From: Podarcis muralis
Lineage: Eukaryota
Direction: 5' to 3'
Assembly: GCF_964188315.1 (NCBI RefSeq)
Contig: NC_135667.1
Location: forward strand, 26,226,001-26,290,000
Length of the DNA stretch: 64,000 bases
In this document: one piece after another, positions 47,148-60,844 of the stretch
How positions within the stretch are numbered: the first letter of the stretch is position 1
Layout of the letters: each line of letters begins with the position of its first letter
Translations under genes and position numbers: made by a program
Notes under the pieces: model-generated
Told to the model about the DNA's origin: nothing
Databases searched by the model: none
Seen by the model: only the letters and a program-made list of their open reading frames with translations

Positions 47148-49039
47148 TGGAGCAGCCTGCAAAGTTTCATTGCTGTAGGCAAAACACCCTACCATTGAAA
47201 TCACCCTATTAAGGGAATTTGCATGAAAATGTGTGTATAACTGGAAAAATTACATACAAAATGTGTATTTTTTTTGGGGGGGTGCATTAAAATCTTACTG
47301 AATTTTCACAAGGACTTAAACAAAAAAATCAGAAACTGATGCAGAAATGTGAAGTTGAAACTATAAAAATGAGAGAAACCCAAAATGGACAGATTTGTCC
47401 ATTCCTAGGTGCAACTAAAGTGGGTGTGGCTACCCATAAATGCTTTACATTTACAGGAGACACATAGGCAGACAGAAACACAAAGGCACACAGTCCTCTC
47501 TCCTCTGCTAATGAATGGAGGTTAGCTGTAGAATGGGGGTTATCATTCTCCCATCAAATAGTCAACCAGATGACCAGGGAGAGGGTGATTTACATCAGGG
47601 TGCTAGTGCAGTCTCAGCTCACTTCTTCTTCTCTTTCTTTCTGAGTATTGGGGGGTAGAGAGAGAAAAATTGGTTTGGATGGAAGGATAACCATACCTGT
47701 TTTACTTGGTAGTGATCTTGAAGCTAAGCAATTGAATTTCCTTTGAAGTCAAAATAACCAGATTTGACCTCAGTTAATTTTTGTTATGAAGTATCGTAGC
47801 AGAATTGGTGAGAGATTATCATGGATATATTATTGGGTTCAAATTTGGAATTAGGATTGTGTGTTCAAAATCAGATTATAGGGAATATCACTGCTTGACA
47901 CGAACAGTTTCCACCAGTTCTGGTACCCACCATGAAGTTATTAGAATAAGTGACACATCTTTAACCAGTGCTTTTCTTCTAGAAGAAGAAAAAGTGCTGG
48001 TACAGTGTATCCTTGAGAACCTCTGAAAAAAGGCACTGGTTTCCACCATGAATTGGGGGAAATAAATGGTGAAGGTCAAGCCAGGTGAAACAGGGGAACC
48101 ATTGCATATCATCAGAGAAGTGACAACACTTCTCTTTGGAGATTTGGTTTGCTGATCTGGGCTACTGAGTGCCCTATAGGCATAGGACAGGGATATTCAT
48201 ATGATGCATACATATATTACAGGTTGTGTTTCAGCTCTCCAATAAAACTGTAAAGATAAGTGCTGTTTTAGCTCAGTGCTAGCTCTTTCTCTTCATATCT
48301 ATTTATTATTCAGTCTGACAAAAGATTCAGTAGAAGTGTTACTCATAGAGAAATATTGAAAGAAAAAAAACATATATAGGCTTGTTCACAGGATACACTG
48401 AACAGGTACAAACTGTCTCTACACATGTACAAGCATTTGTGCAAAAGATGGAACACCTGTTGATTTGTAAAGCTGAACTATTTGTGTACACAGGTGGACA
48501 AATTGCACACTCGTTGAATACAGCATGCAATCATCTCTTCTGTTAAGATATATAATGTGAGTAGAACACCAATATTTCTGCAACAAAAATCTGCTCCTGG
48601 TGAATCGGAGGATGTATTTGTATTAACACTAACTATTTGTATTAACACTAACTCGATACTCAGTACATATACTTTCATTTTGTATTACTAAATCATGTTT
48701 CTGGTGGGACAGGTTAAAACATATTAATATTTATTTACCTTGTTGAAGCTGGTTGCTTCAAATATTACATGATTCTTCTTGGTCTTCTTATGCCCTAGCT
48801 GTGTCAAGTGATGTGATACTCTGCAAATCTTTAGCCACCATGCTAGAGATTGAGATGGAATGAAACCAAGACTTTCCTCTTTTTTTGTGTGTGCAATCAG
48901 TTGCAAAATACCAAGGAGGCCCTACACTGGAGTGGTGTAGAACTCCTGAGATTACAGCGTTGGAACCATTTTCATCCACCTTGATCACAAGAGGAACAAT
49001 TTATATTAGCATGCTCAATTAACACAATCCTCTGGGACA

Positions 49040-49042
<3 letters not shown>

Positions 49043-49080
<38 letters not shown>
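49043..49080. repeat. (AT)n microsatellite
   Basis: About 19 units. Confidence 0.95.
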
Positions 49081-49082
<2 letters not shown>

Positions 49083-52000
49083 ATTCAAATATGATTCTTG
49101 ATTCATAGTTATGCCATAATTATAACAAGAATATGTCAACAAGAATAAGAAATATTCTTTTACAGCAGCCCACTGCTTATGATCTTCATTTTTCAAAAAT
49201 GAGGATGAATATCATGTTAATTGGAACTCGACACAATAGGTCACTCACACAGAAAGCCTGGATCACACTGCAATTTATCTGTAGATGGTTAGATAGTAGC
49301 CCAGACATATAAAGAAGACTTGGGTCCAGTTCATACATTCAGTCAGGGTAGTATCACTTCTTAGCCATGTTAGTCAGCAATGCCTAAGCATACAGGTGAA
49401 GTGTCTCTGGATTCCCATATGTTAGTTAACTCTCATCAGCCCCAGTCACTATGACCAATAGTAAGGATGATGTGATGTGCAGCAACTTCTTGCCCAAGCA
49501 GAACTTAGAAACTCAGGAAGGCCTTCCTGTCTTTATCATCAAACCTAACAGTAATGTAATTTTTAAAAACACCTGAATAAATTGTACTCATATGCAGTAG
49601 TTGCTGAATAGTAGTTGCTGCACTGAATCAATGTAAGATGTTTCTCTGTACTGACTTGCTTTCTGACAGCTTCGGTCAAGTGAGTTGTGGGAGGGTTTGG
49701 TGGGGAGGTAGAGAAACTTGGGGGAAATCGAACTGCCCCAAAATGCCATCCACACAAGAAAAAAACATACCCTTTCTCTGTCAAACTTCTGCTATGTTGC
49801 TGCAGTAATCTGAAGGACAGAGAAAAGGATTGCTGCACCACATTTTAATGCACCTGGGACGATAGCCCCAGCAACCCCCCCCCCCCGCTATGCCCCTGCC
49901 ATAATCAACAAGGATGAGCGGGGATTAATCATATACATGGTTGATCTCACTATCAAGGTTATTGTCCACATTCTCAGGTTGTACAAAAGGAAATGTGTCA
50001 ATCACAACTGGACAAGCAGATGCCAAAAGTACATGTGTAGGACCTGCTACTTCCATGGCATGCAATTCAGACTGAAAAACAATAACACAAATGAATTTAT
50101 CCTACACTGCATTGCCTAATGCTAAACTCAATTTCCCCCAGCCTCTATTTAACAAGTGGATTCTCTGTAATTTTATCTAACCCTTTCTAATTCCTGTGAA
50201 TTCCCAAATTTTCAAATTGAGAGCAGTGAGCAATTTGAACCATATACAAGATTTCAACTCTCAAAGAATCATTGTCTTAAGGGACATAGCTAAATATATG
50301 TACATACATGTCTAACAGTTTCTATGAGCAGAAATTTCAAAAAAAAACCCTACAGTTAGAATTTTCTTCTTCCCTGTCATATCAAGAACCATAATTGTTA
50401 TGCAACATTTCTAACCTGTGTATGACAAAGTTTTTATGATGATAACATAAGCAGGAATGAAGACATCTGAGTTATATGCCATGCTGCATTTAACATTTTG
50501 AAAACGCATAGTAATAAATGTAATAATGCAGAGATGAAAAAGAATACAGAATATGATCATCCATGGCTATATTAGATTAATATGCTTTTAAACAAACACA
50601 TTCCACTACAGCTAACCTATAAGCTTGTGAAAACGAAAGATCATGCCTTATTATTATTTTTGGTGTTTTCTTTTTGTTTTTTGCTTCAATAGATCAATGC
50701 TACAACACTTCAAATTCCCACTACCAAATTTTTTTTTTAACTTGGGGGAAAGCTAATGAGCTATGGAAGACATTGATGAACAGTTGAATCAGCAATTAAG
50801 AAGGATATAACTTAACTGTTTCCCCCTTCCTAATCAATTTCTCTTTGATGTTCAGCTCAGGCCTGAACAATATAATGTAGCATTTGGGGGAAAAGATGCA
50901 ACCCAGCAACCCAAAACTGGAGGCTAAGATGGAAAAGATCTCCACAGCCACCATGTATTTTCCCTTGGTACTCAAGTAGCTTGGACAACCAAACACTGCA
51001 AAACACCAACATGCTGAAAGTGATGAACTTGGCTTCATTGAAACTGTCAGGCAACTTCCGGGCAAAGAAAGCCACCGTGAAGCTGAGAAGGGCCAGCAAG
51101 CCCATGTAGCTCAGGACACAGTAAAACATGACTGGGGATGACTCGTTGCATCGCAGGATGATTTCTTCACTTGTTGACTTTGTGTCAGTATCTGGGAAGG
51201 GGGGAGAGGTTGCCAGCCACACTGGGCAAATGCCTGCTTGAAGAATGGAGCAAGAAAGAACAATGGAACTGGCCAGTCTTTCCCCCACCCACTTCTTGAT
51301 GCTGGATCCTGGCTGTGTGGCCATAAAAACAAGAACCACGGTGATGGTTTTTGCCAAAACTGAAGAAACAGCCACTGAGAAGACTATGCCAAACACAGTT
51401 TGGTGCAGGACACATGTCACCTTTTCAGGTCGGCCAATAAATAGCAAGGAAGGAAGAAAGCAGAGCAGAGCAGAAGGGAGGTGAGAAGTATATAGGTGAG
51501 ATCCCGGTTGTTGGCTTTGACTATTAGAGTGCCGTGGTGCTTTACAAAAGTTCTTAGTATGAGAACTGTGATCAAAGAAAATGAAAGAGCACACGTGGTT
51601 AAACTGACCCCCAGAGGTTCTTCATAAGATAAGAAAGTTACAATCTTGGGAACGCATGCCGTTTGGTCCCTGTTGGAATATTGATTATCTGGACATTGGA
51701 AACACTCAAGCATGTCTGAAAAATAAAATAAAGTTGTGGGGTAAATATAAAAAAATATCAAGTTATAGGTGCCATTTATGACCAGGTTTACAGTGGGAAG
51801 AATCTGCAATAATTACAAAACTGACAAACATAATGTTATTGTTCCTTTCACTCATATATTACATATTGAGCTCCTTTTGTGAAATGTGGCTCTCTGAGCA
51901 TTGATCACTTGCAACTTGTACCATTGATGAACTTCTGTGACTGAGCAGAATCTTAGAATCGACAAGAGCCTTGCAATGAAAAAGAAAGTTTATCTTAGGT

Positions 52001-53084
52001 AAATTTATAATAATACTTATTTGTATTTATTTATTTTCTGTAAGTGTATGAGCCCTTGAAAACCTTTTCCTTCAGCAGTCAATAAAGGAGGGTAAGGTGT
52101 GTGAAATTTAAATCTTGATGATGACAGAATATTTAGAAGGTCCAGTGCAGTAACTCAATTAATGAGTCACCCTCAATTTTGATGCTATGATGAAAGTTTG
52201 ATTGCTACTAGTTCTGTAGGCTATGTTTGCAGCTTTCTCAGGTTTTGGAAGATCAATTGCTTCAAAATAAAAATAAAAATGATGCCTCTGCCCCCACAAA
52301 AATAATCTAAGGTTCATCCCCAAACAGCACATGCAAATTCTACCTATTGAAATGTTCTGTGTAAATTATGTGCTATAGGGTCCAATCTTTTGCATTTGAA
52401 ATGAAGAAGAGTAATCATTTCAAGTGTCAAGTCCCAATCTGGCTCATATATACTTTCTTTCAGCTTTCAATATTCAAAATTCATTCATGGTGTCCCCTCT
52501 AGATTTCCCCTCTAGATTTCCCCGTAGATATTGCTAAAACACTGCAGAATAACAACCATAATATAGCTGAATATAAAGCAAAAGCAATATTCCCTTTCTA
52601 CAGTGCTTCACTCAATTGCAATCATTGCACTGTTGAAACATTAGCACAGGTCCTAAATGCTACAGCGTGAGAAGGAATTCAGACAACATTAGTCAAACTC
52701 CTCATTCCTGAGAGCATTTGAAGGGGTGTGTCTGTATTCTTGCTCTGTGCTTGCTCACTTTTCTGCTTCAGAGCTGGAGAATTTGCTCCTAGATTTAGAA
52801 AATGAATGCAATCTGTATCCCAAAATGGAAAACATTTCTCATGGAGAGTGTTAAGCTCTTTCTGATCTTTCTGTCTTAGCTGTGTTAGTGTGCTAACACA
52901 GTCACATTTATTATCCATTTGCATTGCTCCCCACACACCTCAAATATAGTTTTGGACAGGGCTGGAGCCCCAAGTGGTGACTCTTTCTTGTTATTCATGT
53001 CACTCTTGTTTCTTTTTGCTGCCAATTCCCTTCCTTTCTCAGAGAAGGTACAAATCACTGTTCCTAAAAATATAAACTAATCAT

Positions 53085-53905
53085 TTGCGCGTCGAGGTCC
53101 CCAAGACACCCTCCCAAAGAAAAACACAATTGACACTTAATTTTTGTTTAAGGTGTTTGGCATAATTTTGGCCACAACTTTATTCAAATTACAGCAATGT
53201 GAGTGGTTGCTTAGGCATTGGTAGCATTAACTGACCCCACACGGGGACAGCTCTGACATTCACACCCCCCGCGGTCAGCAAGGGTAAGTCACCTGGGGAG
53301 AGAGACGGGACTGGGAACCATGCCTCACCTCTCCCCAGAATGCTCCCAGGGGCTTGCGTGGCCCTAGCCCCTTGCTAGGGGGTTTTGGACAAAAGCATGG
53401 GGAGCCCCTGGGTTCCTTTAACCCTTGAAGCAGCAGCAGCATTTTGGAGGGGCAGGCACAGCCAAATCCATACCCCTCCACCAACCAATTCCAAGACCAA
53501 TGCCTAACAGCAAACCTTACAAATTGTGACGATTTGCTACGCAGTAGGCAAACAACCAAGTGGCACACACTAATCAGCCAAATGGACAAAATTCCTACCG
53601 GGCCCCTGCCCCAAAGCAGACGACCCCATTACAGGCATAGCAAGGTCAAGCAAACAGCCTAAAATTAGGGAAGGGAGGGCGGGTGATCCGAAGCATGCAG
53701 CGAAATGAGGAAGTTCGTCGCTGCGTGCATTGTATTTAACAAATAGGGCTGTCAATCAACAAATGGCAACATCTAGATTTCCCCAGTAACAGCCTGCCCC
53801 TGCTTAAAGGATGGCCAAACCATTTGCCTAGCAACAGTGAGGTGTCTCACCAGCCCCGCCCACAACCCGTGCTCTCCATGAGGGAGAACACACTTTGCAG
53901 AGAGC
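53085..53905 (-). mobile_element. Solo A-B unit related to the 29-1397 split-repeat element
   Basis: Reverse complement shares GGCC.GGTAGGAATTTT.TCCAT, GCCTAC..CGTAGCAA.TC.TCACAA, GTTAGGCATTGG, AATAAAGTTGTGGCC and the GGGACCTCGAC..GCAA end with 58030-58857 and with parts of 945-1397. Confidence 0.7.
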
Positions 53906-56548
53906 TTTTCAAAGTAGGTTGAAGGACGCATGAAAGTAGAATGAGGGTCACAGTTCTCCCATTCCTGCTCTAGATTATAGCTGTTCTTTCTGACAACAAC
54001 CCTCACCTTCATGGTCCGATATCCACCCTTTTGGACAGGGAATGCAGTCATAACAGCAGATTGGCTCCCCTTCTTTCCTGTTCTTCTTATAGCCAGGTTG
54101 GCACTGGGCATTACATAAAGCAAGAGGCCGTGTCTATCAAACAATGAAGACAGGAGAATGTTAATCTTCAGACGTATGTTATTGGAATCATTTCCTTCCC
54201 ATTTAAAAACTTGTATTTGAAAGTCTTACCTGGTTAAATGAATTGTGCCACACAATATTATCCTCACGGATAGTCAAAGCTTCATCTTGGGGATCCACCT
54301 GTCCAACTTTTACTCTAATGAAGGATTGGTTTGGAAATGTAACCAAATTCATAATGTCAAATCCTTCAACTAGGTTTCCCTTCTGATCAAAGGTTACCTT
54401 GTCCCCAGCACTGTTGTTAAATGTCACAGATTTCAGGAACTGATGAAGCTAGGTTAAAAGGGGAAAGCCAAGATAGTTAGTGATTTGGGGAGGTTCAAAC
54501 AGTAGTGCTCCGTTGCAAAGGACAACCCCACTGCTGAGCAGCTGGTGAACTGCTTACTCTTGGAAAGGAATAACCAGGACCTCATTATAAGCTCCTGTTT
54601 GTTCCCTTTACGTTTTGCCCTTACCAGTTCTGACCTAAAGGACTGTATGATGTCAGGTGTAGAGGTATGTTTGGCTGCCAAAGATAGCCCTGCAGGCCAA
54701 ATGGGGAGGCCTGATGAAGCAAGTTTGGCCTTTTGACTATAGGTTTTGCACCCTTATTTTTATAGTAATATTGCTTTACTATGGATTTTGCATTGTACCT
54801 TTAAATCGTTGGGTTAATATCCATGACAGGGCAGCCATGGAATGGGCATCCCCACTAAACACCAACACATTTGCTTTACTATTCATGACTTTATCATAAA
54901 ATTTATGTACAACTTTCATAAAGCTCTCCACGCTGCCTTCATAAGTTATACTAGTGAATGATTCCATGATGGCAAAGCAAATGCCATTCTTGGAATACTC
55001 TGAAAGCAAATTCTGCACAAACCATTCTAAAGCCACCCCATTTTGAGAAAAAAATCCAATCCATCTCCAGTTGAAATGCTGAAGTAGTTGCAGAATCCCC
55101 TTGTACTGATCAGCTGCACTAGGAACCATTTGGTACAAAGACAGCGACTTGCTTTCCTCAGATATCACTCTAGCCGAACCACAAAGGAGCTAAAGATAAA
55201 TGGAGATGCAGTGATTGTGAAGAAATTCAAAATTAGTGCAGGTTTCTATATAGAAGACAATGTGTATATCACCCTGTTTTTAAATACTTAGCATTAGAAG
55301 CCCCATATATAAGCTAAGTCAAAAATCTGAATCCAATATTTACAGGTTAGTGCCCTATTCAGACACCATGAATCTTATATTTTATTTCACAAAATTGCTC
55401 TTCAAAATTTCACAGCCATTATTGTTCCTTTAATTAATCAATATTGTTTGAAGCTCCAAGAGGAGCTCATTGCTCATTGTTATTCTGGTCTGAGGCCTGA
55501 TCCAGTGCCAAAAGAAATAGAAGCTTCTGTAAATGGCCATGAAAATCTTAGTAGACACTGCCCTGTAGTAAGCAACACTAAGAGAGTAATCCTTGCTTAT
55601 CATTTCCATCAACAAACTCAGGGTTCCAAATTGTCCTAAACATAGCATCTCTTTTCAGTTGTGATTTACTTGTTTCTGGATTACTGAAATACCTTTTTCT
55701 GCTTCCCTCGCTCATTGCTGTTTGTTTTAATATATGCGGCATTTTGTCAGATTTTTTTTTTTTTGGACTTTTTTTCCATGGAAAGGCTAAACACAGAAAA
55801 ATGCAGTCTAAATCAAACAAAATAAAACAAACAAACTGCTGTACTCAAAATGAATATCTTCTTTACTTGTTGCGTGAAATGCATGTCATTAATTCATGGT
55901 GTGGTGAGACAGAGCCTCAACAGCAACCCTCCTAAAACCAGCATCACTCCAGATTTACTGGACAGGGTGTGGTGAGCCAGGGCAGCAATCGAGTGGGGGC
56001 TGTGTAGATATCACTGTAATCAATGCAGCACTCCTGCCAGTGCATTCACAGTCTCAATTCTGCTTCTTTTCCAATTTGCCTCACTGCCACACTGGCCAAT
56101 AATAATGCACACATCTTTGTTTCCACACCATGATTTTGAGTGCCCTCTTTTTGTCCACTCTGTGCACATCCTACCTGTGGAATCTTGTATATCCCCCAAA
56201 CTTCTGGTATCTGGTAGAAGAGGTCAGAGATCAGCTCCTCAGTGATGGCCAATAGATTGTCCTGGTTAGTACACTTGTAGTTGGGAAAAAGTCTGTCCTT
56301 GGGTGAAATTAGCTGCATAGCAGAATGGTAAGTCCAAATTTGACTCCAAAAGCTGCCATAAACCTTGAATCCAAGTGTAATATTGGGTATCATCTGAGGA
56401 TTTTCATTGTTTTCCTTTACCGCAAATGCCAAAGCCTGGATGTGCTGGTAATTTGCAGGTGCTACCCTATAAGAGATGTGAATTTACTGCACTTTCTAAA
56501 ACATTGTCATGGTGTTGTGAAACTCTTTAATTCTAATTATTCATTTAT

Positions 56549-56635
56549 TGCTGTTGTTGTTGTTTAGTCGTTTAGTCATGTCCAACTCTTTGTGACCCCA
56601 TGGACCAGAGCACACCAGGCACTCCTATCTTTCAC
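56549..56635 (-). mobile_element. BovB 3' tail (very short insertion)
   Basis: GTTGTTGTTTAGTCGTTTAGTCATGTCCAACTCTTTGTGACCCCATGGACCAG; perfect 14-bp TSD AATTATTCATTTAT at 56535-56548 and 56636-56649. Confidence 0.88.
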
Positions 56636-58029
56636 AATTATTCATTTATACATATCTACTATGTTTTGTGATGCTGTGCTTAGTCTAGAAAGGCTTACAA
56701 GTGAACCGCGTGTAAGTCACATTTTAATGTGTACATCCTATTCTGCCAGCCCATTATAAATATTAAGGAAATTGATATTTTAAAATACTGTCCTGAGCTA
56801 ACTCAGTTCTTAATAACAGCATTCCTGCTATATGTTGTTATTACGAGATGTAGGAGAGGTATGTCAAATTAAGGGCCAGTGACCATTATAGCAAAAAGAA
56901 AACAATCAGAAAGATTAGGTCATGATTTCCACCAACATTTTCAGAGGTACTTTGCTTTTCCTTACTTTACAGGAGGTGGCCAAGGGGTGCTGTTTCTTAT
57001 CTAAATTTTACAGGTTCAGAACATTATGAGTTCATACTCCAGATGCTCAGAAGATCCACAGAACCATTGAAATCTCTGAGTGACAGTTTTGACTGGATGC
57101 TCAGCCAGAAATTTTACAGGAACAACATAGAAGTTCATGTGGTAACCTGTGAAGTGTGCATGCAGCTGCTATAAGCATTATCATTGTGTGTTTGAAATGG
57201 AAAATTGTGGGGTGATATACTCCTTCACTACCTCAAGGAAACTAAGGTAAGCCAACTTTTCCTGATCTGTAATTCATCCTTTATTCCCATGAAAGTGAGG
57301 TTGGAGGGTTGACACATATTTACTTAAAAAAATATAAGAAAAGAAAAATATAAATAATAAAATATAATGGAAATCAGATCATGTTCGGTGTCTCCAATGC
57401 ATTATGTAACACAGTGAGAATCAGGATTGCAAATTTCCACAGCAGTATCTGTTTCCTGTGATATGTCATAAAGATGTGTCTTGCGGTCTAGCAACAGAAA
57501 ACACTATGATATATTACAGGGGTATATCAAATCCATATACAAACATGTAGCTTGGTGTTGGCCCTTGAGAATAACTGCTGAAGTTGTTTGGAGGTTCAGG
57601 TAAAGAGTTTTGATTAAGAATGCCTCTATAGATGAAATCTCCTGATAGATAAAATTTGGGATTAAAAGGTAGGGAATGTGACATTTAACATTGAAAAACC
57701 TGAGTGTGACATTCAATGTGAGGCAGAAGTAGCAGCAACAATGGAACTAATATCTCCATCCTTCGTGCAAATCTGTCCCCGAACACAGATTTATCTATTT
57801 CTTTCTACATCAGCAGCATCAGACTCTGCATGAATGTACACAAACAGTCTGACATGAATTCCCATTGCACTTGTTGACAGGCTCAAAATCAGCAATATAA
57901 AGCTTAACATAACAGAAATAATCTATGAATGTCTGAGCAGTCCCTGGTCCCTGCTGGTTCTGCTGGTTCTGGATTGTTTGAGGGATATTTATAGTAACAT
58001 TTAGAAAGCTTGTTATTTGACTTGTATTG

Positions 58030-58857
58030 GAACTCTGGAGAGGATAGCGTGTTCTCCTTCATGGAGAGCACGTGTTGCGGTGGGGGCCGCCAGGACACTC
58101 CAAAGTTGGGGGGCGGGCTAATTGATCATTGGCCACTGATGCGATTGGGGCTTCCCTTGTTGTTGGGAAGAAGTTAATGTTGCAATTTATTGATTGACAG
58201 CCAGAAATACTAAAACTCCTTGCACGAGGCTAGGACTTCCTCTTTTCGCCCATGCATCGGATTGCCCCTCCCTCCCTCCCAGAATAGGGTTGTTCGCTTT
58301 GACCTTGCTATGCCTGTCATGGGGTCGTCTGCTTTGGAGCGGGGGCCTGGTAGGAATTTTGTCCATCTGGCTGATTGGCTGGGGCCATTTGGTTTTTGCC
58401 TACTGCGTAGCAAATCATCACAACTTGTAAGGTTCACGGTTAGGCATTGGTTTATGGTTTGGTTGGTTGAGGGGCATGGATTGGCTGTACCTGCCCCTCT
58501 AATGCTGCTGCTGCTGCAAGGGATTCCGTTAAAGGAATTGGGGGCTAACTATTGCTTGTCCACTCTGTCAAAGGGGCTCGGGCCATAGCAATGAGCTCCT
58601 GGTTGCATTTGGGGTGAGGGCAGGTTCCCTGCTCCGCATTACCCCCAAGTGTATTCCCCTATTCTGACTTTCGCATTGTGCGGAATGTCAGTCTGTCCCC
58701 CATGGTGGGGGCAGATAGTCGCAACCAATGCCTACGCAACCACTCACAAATTTGTATTTTAATAAAGTTGTGGCCAAAATTATGCCAAAAATCTTAAACA
58801 AAAAATTCTGTGTGATGTGTGAGTTATTGGGGTGGACCTGGGGACCTCGACATGCAA
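58030..58857 (+). mobile_element. Solo A-B unit related to the 29-1397 element, inverted relative to 53085-53905
   Basis: Colinear with the reverse complement of 53085-53905. Contains TTCCGTTAAAGGAAT (end of repeat A), CCAATGCCTA, AATAAAGTTGTGGCC and GGGACCTCGACATGCAA. Confidence 0.7.
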
Positions 58858-60279
58858 CTTGCAAGCAGCAGAATTAATTGCAATCCTTTTGATAACTGCA
58901 GAAGATGGACATTAGTAAAGAACAGATTTGTCCTGTCTGAACAGAAGTAGTATTTTCCTATCCCTTAGAAAATCATGTCAACTAGGAGGGATGATGGTGT
59001 AATTGAGAATATGAAGAAAATGTTTTCTGCTCCTCTAGAAATTAAGCATCATCTTCATAAATGTCCTTTTCATCAGCAATAGAATTACCTAGTGGGTTTT
59101 GCAAGCAGCAAAAAAATGCTGGGTTGGTTAGGGGGTGGCACACAACATTGTTGCATAAGGGAGTTAGAAGTGTGGCCTCCTTCCACTTATACTTGTGCAG
59201 GCCTCAATATATAATTGGCATTTGTCTTGTGTTTCATATGGCTTGCAGAATAATGAAGACCACGGATGGAATGTAACACAATCCTCAGAGTAGTTTCCTC
59301 TTATGGGCAAGAGTATGTGTTTCATTCTATGCAAGCACTGTTCAAGCATACATGCTTGAAACCACTGTTCAAGCATACATGAGATATTCTTCCACCATGA
59401 AACTGTATTCCTACTTTCTCCATTTCAATTCTGTTATTCATCATTCCAGCAACAGCTGGTAAAGCACACAAACATTGATCATCCTAAATAAATTCCTTGT
59501 GGCACTTCAGAAATTACTGTGTGGGTATGTGGTTGGTACAAGGGAGTACAACTACCTAAGTCTAGTAATAATAAAATAAAAGTGGTAATAATGGGTTGAG
59601 TCAAGTCTTCCTTGGAAAAAACGGAAGTAGGGAGAGAATGATGTGGTCATTGTTCACAACAAGGGGCTTCTTACTAGATGAGCGAGGGGGAGATGATTCT
59701 AGTGCTGCCCCCTTTGGGCAGAGGGCCCTCTAAGCAGCTTCAGGTGTTATGCTGTTCAAGAGTTAAAAGTCAGCAAGGAACACTCTAACAACATGATGGT
59801 GAAGAAAGCATAAAACATAGCTTCCTCATCATAGATTTGCCAAATTGCAGTCCTTTTTATGTCAGTACTCCACGTAAGTGAGTACCATAAGAAAAGGACA
59901 GAGGAATCCTTCTTAAAAAATCCTATTATAGGTTTGGGGGAAACTGCTAAATCTTAGAAATTAATAAATGGTAGGATTTTGATTAACTGAATGAAAGTTC
60001 AAGCTCCAGAACTGTGCCAGACAACGAATCCCTGGGCTGGCTTATGTAAACCAGCCTAGCTGGCCTGGTGAATAGCAAATCTGTTAACATGACAAAAGGT
60101 GTTGATGGGCCATTTGAGAGGAATCCTTTGGCCTATGTAGACAGATGTTGCCAGCTGATGCACAACCTCAGCCAGGCCTTACACTAGCTCATAGAGTGGG
60201 CTGCTTGGTTAGATGGATCTAGATGCAAAGGTTCACAGGAACAAAAATTCATAGGTAGTACCAAATCTCATTTGAAATA

Positions 60280-60832
60280 TGGAACCAACTTAACATTGAA
60301 GAGCTGGATGCATAACACCCAGTCCAAACCCCCTGGTTATCTCTCCCAGTGTCTTCTCCCAGTGTTGAAAAGCATGGTGGAGAGGACAAAGCCCTGGGGC
60401 ACCCCACAAGTGAGAGGCCAGGAGTCTGAACACTCATCCCCCAACACCCCTTTCTGGACATGGCCCAGGAGGAAGGAGTGGAACCACTGCATAACAGTGC
60501 CCCCAGCCATGAAGGAATGGTCCCTCTGTGTAGCAGATTTTCAGTCCTTGTGACAGTCCTGTATGGTGTGTGTGGCACACTTGCAAAAGAGTACCCCAAA
60601 GAATTACCTCTCCTTTTGATCAACAGAGAGAGGAAGGAGATAAGTAACAATGCAACCTTTAGAAGACATCTGAAGGCAGCCTTGTATTGGGAAGTATTTT
60701 TTTACGTTTTTATATATGTTGGAAGCTGCCAAGAGTGGCTGGGGCAACCCAGTCAGATGGGTGGGATATAAATAATAAAATTATTATTATTATTATTAGT
60801 AGTAGTAGTAGTAGTAGTAGTAATTGTAGTAG
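60280..60832. mobile_element. L2-like LINE pieces: RT fragment on minus (~60280-60510) and 3' end with (TTA/GTA)n tail on plus (~60640-60832)
   Basis: Minus translation GTVMQWFHSFLLG...LTCGVPQGFVLSTMLFN...LGEITRGFGLG. The plus-strand 3' end matches 6680-6928. Confidence 0.7.
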
Positions 60833-60844
60833 TTTTGAATAGGA

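Larger units (their letters stand above)
50796..57759 (-). pseudogene. Vomeronasal type-2 receptor pseudogene (V2R-D)
   Basis: Exon 1 57759-57545 (MEILVPLLLLLLPHIEC...) has an in-frame TAA at 57687-57685. Exon 2 56466-56175 is open. Exon 3 starts at 55189 but has lost its 3' half (stop at 54779). Exons 4 (54448-54230) and 5 (54133-54007) are open. Exon 6 (51715-50796) has a +5-bp duplication (~51465) and an ~8-bp deletion (~50985). Confidence 0.9.

Noticed and set aside
59335-59385. Short tandem duplication with hairpin (TTCAAGCATACATGCTTGAA); similar 20-22 bp duplications at ~4365-4410 and ~48615-48655
   Set aside because: Two-copy slippage events without spacers; not CRISPR-like and not a known RNA structure.
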